Part shown: positions 38,871 to 50,999 of the stretch, one piece after another
Position numbering within the stretch: position 1 is the stretch's first letter
Layout of the letters: each line of letters begins with the position of its first letter
Assembly: GCA_013239625.1 (NCBI GenBank)
Contig: MU053881.1
Span: 10,964,873 to 11,028,872, forward strand
Length of the DNA: 64,000 nt
Direction: 5' to 3'
Source: Lama guanicoe
Taxonomy: Eukaryota
Notes under the pieces: model-generated
What the model saw: only the letters and a program-made list of their open reading frames with translations
The model's database searches: none
What the model was told of the DNA's origin: nothing
Program-made: the position numbers and the translations under genes

Positions 38871-40004
38871 ATAAACTTAATAGGTAGTTAGATGTTCGTA
38901 ACTACTATGGTTATACAAAAAAGGTTTTAAATCAAAACTGCTCTATCATACACAACCTTAACATATATTTTAACATTTTTCTTCAAAGGCTTTTGGTTTC
39001 CAAGGGACATTCATATTTACTCTAAAATTAATATCATATTAAAGAGCCCACGTGGAGATAAGAAGAAAATATTGAGTCAGAATCCCAGTTGGAGGTGCTT
39101 TTTGTTTCTTATGCATTTTTTAATGGAATATACCACTGCTTTTTATTTCAACAAATGTGAAACATTTTGTCACCAATTTCACTAATCGTTTCGTTTTATG
39201 TTCTTGTTTCATGAGAGTTGAAATGGCCAAAAATTTTTCTGGAAACCTATGACGTTCCTTTGAAAATGTCTTAAAGTAACATATAAGGAACAGATTATAT
39301 CCACAAAGAATTACCAGTTTCAAAGAATGATTTTGACCTGAATATCAATTCCAACTGACCACACTATAATTCAACAGAGGCAGAGGAAACAACAGGATAT
39401 CTACTGCACTTTCAGTAGAAGAAATAATTCACCTTTCTTTCTCTTTTGTAAAACCATCCGTTTCTTTTCCGTTTAGTTTTAAGAAGCAGTGAAATCTCTA
39501 AATCTGCTTCAAACCCATGCTTCTAGAGAAGTAATTAGATCCAGTCCTTTCAGTTATAATGGCAGTCACATAATGGAATCTCCATGTTAAATATATCAAA
39601 ATAATGCACTGGGCTACCATGGGCATTGTTATTCACGAAACATTCCAAGGGTCAAGAGAGCAGAGAGGTACTGGTAATACTTCATGGAAATTCCTCTATC
39701 GGTTTCTCTGCCTGCCAGCTCAAGTTTTATCTTCTCCAAGAAATCTCTCTGTTCCACAGCAACTTGAAATACCTGTTTTGGAATTCTACCACATTTGTGG
39801 ACTAGAGTATGAAATACATCACCCCACTGTATCCTTTTCTGTAACATTTATTCTACATGTTTTAGTGATGTTAACGTAGTTGCCCTGAAAATCTGAATTG
39901 CTTAAGCATGAGGGTAGTGAATACAATGATTAATGCATGTATAATATTTGTCATTTTCAAAGTTCTTTCTCATCCATTGCCTTAATTGATGCTCGGAATA
40001 ATAC

Positions 40005-40145
40005 TGTGCTACAGACTACAAGTTCCAGAAATGTTAGACCCACGTTTGTTTTCTCAATAGTGTATCCCCTGGGCTTCTGTTACCTTATAATAGGCATTCA
40101 GGTGATATTAAATGAATGGATAGATGATGAACTAATGAATGAATA
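40005..40145 (+). mobile_element. L2 3' terminus
   Basis: AGACTACAAGTTCC...TGTATCCCCTGGGC...TAGGCATTCAG...AATGAATGGATAGATG. Confidence 0.6.
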
Positions 40146-40959
40146 TGGCAGTATCTGCAGTTAGTTGGTGCTCAATAAAATCTTGGCTCATTTTAATGTA
40201 TTTGGGACTTACATCACAACACGTGTTTTAGAACGGAAGGCTAAGCGGTAAATGCACATCACAGGAGATGTGCTGGAGATGGGGGTGTACTTGGGCTAAT
40301 GGTGTCACCAGAAGTCTATGTATATAAGACTGTGGGATTGAGGACTCTCGTGGGACTAGAATACCTAAATTCAGTTAAGATAGTAAGGGTGGGCAAGTCT
40401 GAGGCAAGGAAAAAGGTGACCACTGGTCTGTCACACAACATGTCCCCTGCACAATTTGCACAACCATTTGAAATGGCCCTCATAAAAAATATATTGCTCG
40501 ATCCCAGTGCCTATGAACAACTCATAGAATTCCACATAAAACGCCATTGTTTTTGTTATATAAGAGATTATAATGCAAATCCAACTGAAGGTTGTTTTTC
40601 TATTCCCTTCGTCTCAGTTTCTGTTGCAGCATTAGAGGGCATAGAAAGAAGCAAAGGACTTCTGTGCAAACTCAGAATCAATAAAAGCTCACGTTGACCT
40701 GGGCACCTAAGGTCAACGCAATATGCAACCACAGGACAAAGTGACTGAAAGAAATTTGGGAACTATCTTTCCTGGTATTCATATCACACTCCTTCCCTGC
40801 ATACCTAAATGACTGTGTTTAGAGCTCAACCAGACAAATACTGCTGGCTTGGCTTTGATAGAGGGTCCTTGTCAACCCACGTATCCAAGTGACCCCAGGT
40901 TACACACAGCCTCTGCCTGATGTCCCTGCTACACGTTCTGCCCTCCAGACCCACGGACT

Positions 40960-41278
40960 GTTGAGTGCCTGGGAAATGGCATGCTCTCTTCCACAGCAGG
41001 GTGTTGCTTCTACCCTCAGCTTCCCAGTTATCTTTTAGATCTCGGCTCCAAGCACCTGCTAGGAGAAGCCTCATCCCCTGAAATCCGCCCTTGTTCAGAT
41101 TCCTTTGTTTTATGCTCCAGAGCATTTCATAACATGTTCTTGGTTTGTGCAGACCTGTTCACATTATTATTCTGTCTCTCCTACTGGTCTGTAAGCTCCA
41201 TAAATAGAGGTTACAGGTCTGCACTGATTTTTGCTTCGTTATGCTAGAACCATACTCGAGGGTTGACTGAATAAATCA
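40960..41278 (+). mobile_element. L2 3' end
   Basis: GCCTGGGAAATGGCATGCTCTCTTCC...TGTCTCTCCTACTGGTCTGTAAGCTCC...GTTGACTGAATAAAT. Confidence 0.6.
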
Positions 41279-42679
41279 TGAACATATATTTATAAGAGCA
41301 TGTATTTATATCACCTCTGGCTTAGGTAACTTCCACCATTTAGAATATAGGTATTTGCTTCACTTACATGGCTTCTATTGTCACACACAACTCTGCTGGC
41401 CTTATCTGGTTTGGATGCGCCTACTAGTAAGCTCAGTGATAATTAGATGGACAATCAGAATCCGTGTTAACCACACTCATACAAAATACACAATCTAAAA
41501 TCAAGCAATGATGAAAGAGACACAGAAGCACATGCATGCCTGTATACATTCGTTTCAACACAGTGATGAAAAGCCATTTAATTTTTTTCTATTAGTTGTA
41601 CCACACACTTACAAAGAACAATTAGTGGTCCTATACCAAAGGCTTATAAATAAAAATCAGAAAAGGAAGATTTGGGAATCACAGGCTAGAAGCCAGAAGT
41701 GTAGGGTGTGTTAGGACAGAGTCTAGGTGAAAATGGCTGCATCTGCCTGTGCCCCCTGGCTTCCCCACTAGTCTCTCAGCTCCATGAGGTCAGGGTCCAC
41801 ATTCTCTGGGTCACCACAGTGCCTGGCACATATTAGAGCCTCTTTAACGTCTGCTGCTATCTGACTCCTTCACTATTTTTTTCCAAGGAGGGGAACAAAG
41901 AGCAAGCTATTCGGAAATGAAATCACGGGGCAGCCACCTGCCAAAGAGAAAGTGTCCATGGATTGAGTCACACAGTGGAGGAGGACACATACTGTTCTCA
42001 GGATGAAAGCAGGTGCCAGACTAGCTCCTGGGTTTTGTTCTCTCGCCCTGTTAACAACTCTCATCTCCTGGATGCGTCAACAACACTAAATCCTGTGGTC
42101 TTCGTGTTCATCTTCCTTCCTCTTCTCTGCTGTGTTTTTCCTCCTTTCTCCTCTCTCTCATCTTTTCTCCCATGACCTCCTTCTTCTTTGTTAATATTAG
42201 GCTGCTATTATTTTAACACAAAATTCATTCTACATGTTTCTTATCCAAGCCCAAGATGACTTTTAATGCTGGTACTCTGTCAGGCAGACTGAGATACGCA
42301 TAAGGAAGGGATCTGAAATGTAACCAATTGGAAAAAACAGTATCTCCTCATCTACTGGATGGTCAAGAATCTCTAGAAGGTCAAATATGGCCTGGGGCTC
42401 AGGAAGGTCAATGGAATTGATCCGATGAAGGTAAACACATGATATGACAAAGGCCATTTGTCAAAGAGCCAAATAACTTCTCTTACTATGACATGGACCC
42501 AACAAAAATTTATCCCCTAATTCCAGAAAATTCCACCTGAACAAATCAGCAGGGGTCATTTTTTCACTAGAATTTTTCTTTCTCCATCCTTAGACTAGTG
42601 TTTTGTTTTTTATTTAATTGATATTTCCTGAGTGTTCATTGTCTAAATTTAAAGTTGAGTGCAATGGTGTTTCAGAGTC

Positions 42680-42843
42680 TTGCTATGCTCTGTATGGTCC
42701 AAGGTCCAGTGGCACTCGTACCACCTGGGAGCTCACCTGAACCACAGATCCTCAGGCTTCATCTCAGAACTGCTGCATCAGAGTTTGCATCTTAACAAGA
42801 TCCCCAGGAGATTTACCTGTACATTAAAGATTTGAGAGCACTG
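42680..42843. mobile_element. MER5A-type MITE
   Basis: CACCTGGGAGCT...TCAGAGTTTGCATCTTAACAAGATCCCCAGGAGATT...ACATTAAAGATTTGAGAGCACTG. Confidence 0.8.
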
Positions 42844-42874
42844 ATGTGGACTTTCACAGGCCTGGGGTTGAGGA

Positions 42875-43030
42875 TACTTCACCCCTCTCAGTCTCAGTTT
42901 ATTCATCTGTAAAATGGAAATTCTGATACTCCTCCTGCCCCCCAGGATGACTGTAAGCATACAAAAAGATCCTATAAGCCAATAATAGCATAGCATAGTT
43001 CCTGGCAAACTGAGTCTCAGTAATGATAAA
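42875..43030 (+). mobile_element. MIR SINE
   Basis: CTCTCAGTCTCAGTTTATTCATCTGTAAAATGG...CATAGTTCCTGGCA. Confidence 0.75.
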
Positions 43031-43959
43031 TCTATATAACAAATATAGAGCTCAACAGAACAAAGACATTTTGAAAGAAGCCATAATTGCTTCTTTCAGA
43101 AGTAGAAGAAATATGGAGAACATGAAAATCTGAGAGAAAGTAATACCTTGATTTTTGGCCTCTGATGGTATCCATTATAAGTTTTAATAACCAGCAGAAT
43201 GCAGAATAATTTTGCAACAGCCATACAGAGGGAGATACGAAGTAACATCACTTGAACATTTTTACAAACCGCCTTCTTCAAACCGTATCACTTCTTCTGT
43301 GTTAGAATAAATGTGAAGTATGTGTTCGCTACCCTGTGAAGTATGTACTGTTAGAAGGTAAGGTGTTACACAGACGAGGAAAGCTTGAATATGATCAACT
43401 GAGTGACCTGCACAAGATCACACACTTCATAAATGAGCAGAGACGGGCCATGAAGCAGTGATTACGACTGAATAGTTGCCTCCTTGCCCACATCCCTTTG
43501 CTCAGAAACATCTTCCCATAGACGAAATGACTGGAATGTTCTTTAATGTCAGAATAATTTCTAGTGATTTTTCATGATGGACAGTGCCTCTTTTAAACAC
43601 AGAGAATTGGGAGAAATTTACCAAACCCTTCACATTACCTTCAAGAGATTACCTAGAAACTTTAATAACTCAAACTTATGTGACAGGCTTTTCCTAGGCG
43701 AATATTATGCAATACATTTTTTCTCAAGGTCACTTGCCTGAGAGTATTTTTTTTCTTTTTTAATAAATGGAGAGGAAGAAACACAAGGAAGCAAACTGAG
43801 AGGATATTCGTTAACTTAACTTCCTTAATTACAGTTGTCCAGTTAAAAAGTTAAACGTCAATGGATGTGGAGGAAATGAGAATTGCTTGAAAGGGATATT
43901 TCTCTGAATGGCACGTAGGCTGTGGCAAGAGCTTTGTTTGTGTGTCTAGAGGAGAGAAA

Positions 43960-44200
43960 GCAGGAGACAAGCCGTGGTCATGCTTCTCGTGTTCAGCGGC
44001 ATGTGGTGAATAATTGATCGCCCTTCCCTTCTTCTTGACGCAATCACTAATTCTCCCAGGGCTGACTTCTCCACGCGTCATGCTCGTGATGAAGCCAGCA
44101 GAGGATCCAGCCCAACCCGGGAGACTGCCTTCTGTCTGAGATGCCATTTATAACCCAAATGAAAAATTAAACGGGAAAAGCAAGAAAATGCCTCCGAAGG
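43960..44200. promoter_or_regulatory. Candidate regulatory element, locally CpG-enriched, with bZIP motifs
   Basis: About ten CpGs in 240 bp against a CpG-poor background; TTGACGCAAT 44035-44044; CGTCAT half-CRE near 44076. Confidence 0.3.
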
Positions 44201-45569
44201 TTTACTTATTTATTTATTTTTCTCCACCTTAACTCTACCCTGCCTTGTTTGACAAGGCAGGTCACACATTCTCCAAGTAAACACCACGCTCAAGACTCCA
44301 GCCAAAGGACGAAACTCACGTAGGGGTTTTCAAAAGGAGACGGACTCTTCTAGTAATTGGTGACTGTTCTACTTCTAAAGTTTTAAAGGAAACTTTTAGA
44401 GTGCTTTAAAACCGTACTGATTCAACCCATGATCATTCCCCAGTGCCTGATAATTTTAGATTATCCCAAATGCAAAGGAGTAGATTGCTTCATGCTTTTA
44501 GGAAACCAGAACCTCTTGTGTGGAGGGGCTTACTTTCAGGCTCTCATTTTCAGCTGTCATATTATGTATCAGTAACTTGTAGAATACACAATTTTGAGGC
44601 AAAACAAATGGTTTTCAAATGTGGAACTTCATTTCACAACTTAAAGTGTTTTCAGGAAGATTTCTGAACCCTGCCAAGGAAATGGATCGGGCCATGTCAC
44701 TTTAAGGGCAATTCCTTGTATTTGGCTTCTTGCCCTCCAGTGAAAGAAACAAATCCTGCATTGCCCTCTCATTATGGAAAAAGTAACTGCAAAGACAGCA
44801 TATTTCTAGAGTAAACAAATCTCCCAGAGGCTGTATTTTTGATAAGTATTTTTGCAGTGCTAGTTTGAAGGTTTAACGGTGTGTAGTGTTTCACTTTAAT
44901 AGTCAGACTAGCAAGCTATAACAAATGCACTTTAAAAACTTTACACTCAGTGAGCTCTGCTTTGACAGGCCTTCCTTGGAATCAGGAGGTAATACGGCTT
45001 CTCAGTGAGCCATACTTACATTTCAAGCCGAAGAGGAAATTATTCCTGAACCACTGGATCTGTTGGTAATTCATGGCTCAGTTTATGGTGGCCTTTTAAA
45101 TTCGCCCTGTCTCACTAGGTTTACCTGGATAGAGCTCAGACTGGAGGGATTATGCAAAGGTGATGACTGCTTACGGAAGGCAGCATCCAAATTGGGGATT
45201 CAGTTCAGAGGTCTGCATGAGCATGCACATCAACGGTAGGCACCAATGGCCCAATTAGGCCCACTGTACAGTGCCACATTTTTTTACTCAGCCATAACAA
45301 ATGAAAGTATTCCAAGAAAACAGCAAGAAACAAAAGTTATGCGAATCTTTTCATAATAACTGCACATAAAACTTTTCACATGCCACCAACAGCCTGCCAC
45401 AGTTCGAATGAATAAGTTTCCACATACAGAAGGATCCACACACACACGTACACATACACACATACGTGTATCCTTACACATGTATACATAATTTTTAATT
45501 CTCAATACCATATATTGGACATAAACTCCATCATAATTTTATTTTCAAAACTGGATTGGTTTTTAAAAA

Positions 45570-45760
45570 TAAGAGCCCTGGATCAGACTGCTTGGATTCA
45601 AACCCCCACTTCCTTACAGTCACTCTTGCAACATTCTTAATCTCTTTGTGCCTCAGTGTCTTTAATTGTCAAGGAGCAAATAATAATAGGGCCCACGTGA
45701 AAGTCAGGAGAATTTGATAACACAAACAGTTTGCTTTACATATGAGGCACATCATAATGA
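45570..45760 (+). mobile_element. MIR SINE
   Basis: AAGAGCCCTGGATCAGACTGCTTGGATTCAAACCCC...CTTAATCTCTTTGTGCCTCAGT. Confidence 0.75.
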
Positions 45761-48700
45761 TAGTTGTAAATAATAGTATATTCTCATAAAAAAAAATTAC
45801 TCCCAAAACAGTAAGTAATAGAGACTTAACTGCTACTAAAATTTTCCTGGCTGCAAAGAGATGAAGTTTACCCATCCTGGCTGAGCGTGTTCTAGGATCA
45901 AGGTGCGCATGACACAATTCAAGAGCAGAATGTAGAGCCAGGAAAGCCAAGAATCGGGAGGTGAAAAGCCGTGAGACACCTAGGTTGCTGGTCTCTTGGT
46001 TCCTCACTCACTTGGGTCATACAGGCTCTTTTTGACTGGTGGGCTTTAATCTGCAGATGGTCTTAGTCTGGTTCTCGCCACACACAGTATCCACACAGCT
46101 TCTGAGACGTGCTACCCACCAGCCAGAGAGAGAAGCCAGCCATCCAGCTTGGACAACTCCTGATTCATTCAGTTATGCCATGGGCTTCAGGCGTGGAGGG
46201 CCCACTCTTGGTGGTAAATACAGGAGTTCTCAGAGCCAGGGAAACAGTGAGAGCTAGTCAGACTCCTCAAAAGGTACTGAAGATAATGTATATAATGACC
46301 ATAATATTTGGCTAAGTAAAAGCATGAAATATTAGGACAATCTTCAACAATAATTTTACCTATGTACTTTGTCATGACATATTGTTTCTTTCCTCCTACT
46401 AGAGGGCTGAAATACTTCTTAGCTGTGTTAGTCCCTATATACCTCGGAAAGTACATTGCAGAAAACCGAATTTATATTCCCATGATTCATGGGTGGCCTC
46501 GGAGTTAAAACGTGGTTCACCAGCGATCAGAATTAATCTTGACCGATCCTGGTCACCTTGTAGGAAAAAAAAAGTTATTCACTTACAATAAATTCTTCGG
46601 TTGTTACTACTGTTATTGCTATTAAATTCTTTATCCTTCAGCTGAAGCTCAAGAAGAAAAAGAAAACAATGCTGATCAATTGAGTTTTTCAGTTAATCCG
46701 TGGTTCACTCTATTGAGAATCTCAGTGGGTTTTCTGAGGAAATGCACAAGGAAATCTTGTGTGTGACACAACTTAATAGGGATGATGCAGAGTATTCGAA
46801 GAGAAATATCCCATGGGGAGTTTTGGGAAAATATCATCGACAAAAGATGGTAGTCAGACATTCATGGGTTTGAATGTTGCCTGCGCGTGATAAACCGCAA
46901 TTCAGAGGAGGATCAAAGGCCCAGCAGTAAACACATTTCTTCCTAAAAATGCAGAGGCATATAGGAATGACTGTGTCCTGAAGGGTCTATGCTATGCCCC
47001 CAGTCCTGGAGCCCAGGTTCTCTGCACTGTGGAATAAAATATCTGCACTACATACATGGTAAAGTTCTGAATGCCTTATTCATACTTCTAAAAGTTTATG
47101 CTCTCATAAAACCCTTAAGTTTATCTTACTAAACCCCCCCAAGTTCAGTTCACAGTCTTATTTAATAAATATCATTTTTTCATCATTTATTATTGTTACC
47201 TACCGAAGGGGCTCAAAATAAAAGTAAACATTATCGTCACAGGGGAAAGAAGTACTTTAAGCTCACAAAAGTGGGAGATCAGGGAAGAATTTGAACGACT
47301 ACATTCAAAGCATTTTTTATAGTATCTTTATATTTCGCTGAAGGTGACTTTCACCAATGCATGAAGTATACCCATTCTGTTTTATGTAGGAAGTTATTTT
47401 TTAAAATAATAATATTGATTTAGATATGAATTCTTAAACAATAAATACTGTTGCATTTCGAGGGCAAGTCTTATGTACTGTGATCACAGGCAGAGGAAAG
47501 AATGGGAAGATTAGACCAGGAGGGTGATGTAATTCTTACCCTAAAACATAATTTATGACATCGCTAGAAAATGGGGCATTAGAAAAAAATAAACAAAGGA
47601 GAAGACAATGTAGTGAAGCACTAATCATTAGATGCAGTAAAGATACATGTATGAGAAAGATCACCGTCCTCTGGGCCGATGATGAGAGGCGTAGGATACA
47701 CTGCTGTACTGGGTTGTAACACTATGTACAACTTCCAAACTGTGCAACTAATGAAGAGTTTAACTAGTGACTGTTTACTTGCGGCCAAGAGCCATATGGC
47801 CAAAAATATTGACAATTCACTAAGAAATGGTATTTGCACAGTAAGAACAAAAAGTTACGACTTTAAGAGTCTTACTGAGTCCAGATTTAAAAAAAAAAAT
47901 TAAAGACACTCTATGTAGTGACAATCTTACAATTTGAAAAAGTTTATTACTTAGTATTTCTTAATATGTTTTCTTAAAATCAGATTTATTCTCAACAACT
48001 GAAAGTCAGCAGTTGGAATTTAAAGAAAGCAACATATAACGTTCTTGCCTTTGGAAAAGAAATAGAGAAAAGGAATCACAGGCAGGATTAGAGCAGTTTT
48101 AGGAACCAGCAAAGATCAAAACATAAATGCACCTGGCCCATGACAGAAAACGCACAGCAACCACACCCTCCAGGATTACTGTTCCTTTTAATCTTGGTGT
48201 TTCTACGGGATCACAATACATGGTGAAGGGATAACTGACGATCAGAGGGGGAAAATCAAAAGTTAGCAAACATATTTATCTCCTGACTTTCAGCATAACT
48301 ATGAGAATGTCCAGAATTTAAGCTGAAGAAATATGAACCCTGTTGGTTAAAACCTGTATCTCCCATTTTACACAGAATGGTTCTCAATAACTCAGGAAAA
48401 GCAGACTCTGCAGACTTGTAGAAAAACCCTGAAGATCGAGAGCTTCAGTAACTGCGTGAGGAATGATACTAAGAAAAACTCAATGTTAAGATTCTTAGGG
48501 ATCAAGAAAACATAGGGCTAAAACTTTAAAGGGTCAACTTTTATTCAAGTTGTTTTAAACTGAAGACTTTAAATTTGTCTGACAAAGAATTTCCTCTGGG
48601 TAGGGGAGAAAGTTCTGCTGAAATTGAAAATCTTCAGCAAACAAAATCTAATCTTAGGCTCTTGCTCAGGAACCTTTACTGTGAGCTTATATAATGGGAA

Positions 48701-48964
48701 GGGTAGGGCAAGGAGAGAGAAAATAGAGAAGATGCACTCAAACATCCCTTCTCATAGGAGTCAGTAAAAAATGCCACTACAAGATAAAAACCAAGAGGAA
48801 AGGATCCTAAGTGATCCCACAAAGGTGTTGTATGTGACCCACATACAATCTTTTAAATCAGATGCACATTTGATGCATTTTGATAGATGTATACAGCAAT
48901 GAAACCACTACCACATACAATTTTAATGCTTATAAGAAAGGTTTAATCTGGAAGTAGTTAATTT

Positions 48965-49196
48965 TGGTTAAAGTGTGTGAATTCTGGAGACTGCTTGGGT
49001 TCAAATTTTTGCTCCACCATGTATGAAGCTTTAGGCGGGTGCCATGTTCTCTGTGTCCTAGTTTCTAATCTGTAAAATGACACAATAGTTCCTATGACAC
49101 AGTGATGTCGTGAGGATGAAATGAGACAGTGCAAGTGAGGCATCTGGAACATGGCCTGACACGGCATGCGAATTCAATGAGTGTTAGGTATTATTA
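48965..49196 (+). mobile_element. MIR SINE, near full length
   Basis: TGGTTAAAGTGTGTGAATTCTGGAGACTGCTTGGGTTCAAAT...ATCTGTAAAATGA...GTGAGGATGAAATGAGA...TGTTAGGTATTATT. Confidence 0.85.
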
Positions 49197-50559
49197 AAAG
49201 AAAAAGGAAACTCTGCAGCTTTGGAGTGGACAGATATACAAATAACGACCCCCATATTAAGTTGTCCTTGAAGAGGAAAGGTCGGTGTATGTTCTAAGAG
49301 AAAATCATCTAAGTATCAAAAGATTAACAGAAGCTGCTAGGAAAATTGATGAAGTCCTTAAATATTTTTGTAGTCATGAGTTTCATGGTGATCTTACTGC
49401 AAAAGTTAAAAGTAAATAAAGTTATATACTTGAATCATTTAATTTGATAACAGTGTCATATTAAACATAAGCACTTTACTACTTATTTTGTACAAGTCAT
49501 TTATACTCGTTTTTTTTTTACATAGAAGTATTTGCACAGTTCTTAATTTCTTTTCACATGAAGTTCCAATTACTCTTGTTTTCACTCTCTATTATGAAAC
49601 GTTAGTTTTAAGTAGATTCATTTTAACTGAGCTTTTCCAGGTACTCTTTAGACTTAAATTGCAAAATTCTTCACTACCTATATATAAACATACAAGTTCG
49701 TGTGCCACAATGGATTCTGTGTGCACATGTAACACAAAAGTGCAAATAAAAGTATTTATTTTAGAAATAGAAATAGTATTCATTTCTCCCTAAAATAAAA
49801 AGACTAATCAAAGTTTGCAGTAATAACTAACCAACCAGCCAACAAACAAAATACTTCAGCTGAGAGGTTACACATTATCCAATATAAATATTTTTATTCA
49901 GTTGGTTATTTGAGTATCTCAAATATCCTACTCCATATGTAATTAAAACAGAAGGCCTTTATAACCAGAGATTATTCTTTATAAAAGAGAGACCAAATAT
50001 TGATTCATGAAAATGCAAATCTTCCTTTTATTGAAGCAAAAGTAAATAAATAAGTTAAATCTTTAGTTATAATATATGAGGTTTGAAGAGAATTACCATT
50101 GCAACAGAGTCTTCCAGCAACAGAAAAAGTAATGAATAACAAGAGACCTGAGTTCTTGACCAAATCATTTTCTACCTTCAGATGAATTATTAAATCTCAT
50201 ATCTCTGAAATCCAGTGTCTCTATTCTAAAGACATACCCCTTGAATAGATTTTCAGTGGCTAAAATACTAAAACTTGCCAAGGTGCTAGATTAACCCTAC
50301 CTCACATCAGAAAACCACTTAGACTCATTAAAATTCAAGTGGGAAATTAATTTTGACTTGACCTGGCATATTCAGCAAAACAATGAACCTATTAAGAAGG
50401 GCCAGCTAGAAAATAAAGGGTTTGAGAATTTTCTGAGATGCCTGGAAAAGCAAAGAAAGACAATAAAAAAGTGCTTCCATCTTAAACAGGGGAAAGTTTG
50501 TTTTGCTTAACCTGAGGTGGAAATAACTTGCTATTTTTTATTATTGTGCAGTCTTGCAT

Positions 50560-50700
50560 CCATCAATTAGTTTTGTATTCTGATTATGTACCAGGCACTA
50601 TTTTATGTACAGGGGATTAAGCAGTGAGTAAATAAGAAATGATTCTGATCCCAAGGAGCTTATATTCTGGGGGAAACATGAGCACTAACTAAGGAATAAT
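50560..50700 (-). mobile_element. L2 3' end relic
   Basis: TATGTACCAGGCACTATTTTA...GCAGTGAGTAAATAAG...AAGGAGCTTATATTCTGG. Confidence 0.6.
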
Positions 50701-50999
50701 TACTAAAAGTGTAATCAGTGATTTTTAAAATGAATGTAAAATGTTATAAGTAATTCCATTTTAAGTATATTGGCTTTATTAATTTATAGATAGGTCTAAA
50801 TAATTTTTTTTCTCAAACTTGAGTCACACACATACATACAAACACACAATCACAAACTGCTTTTAGAGAAAATCAATCTCGGCTCCATAAAAGAGTCCGC
50901 TAATTTCAGAAACTAAAGTTTATGCGGTGGAAGTGTTTTATTACTATAGGCTTTTACTGAAAAGTTTTTCTTCATGACTAGTAAAATTAATAATAAAAA

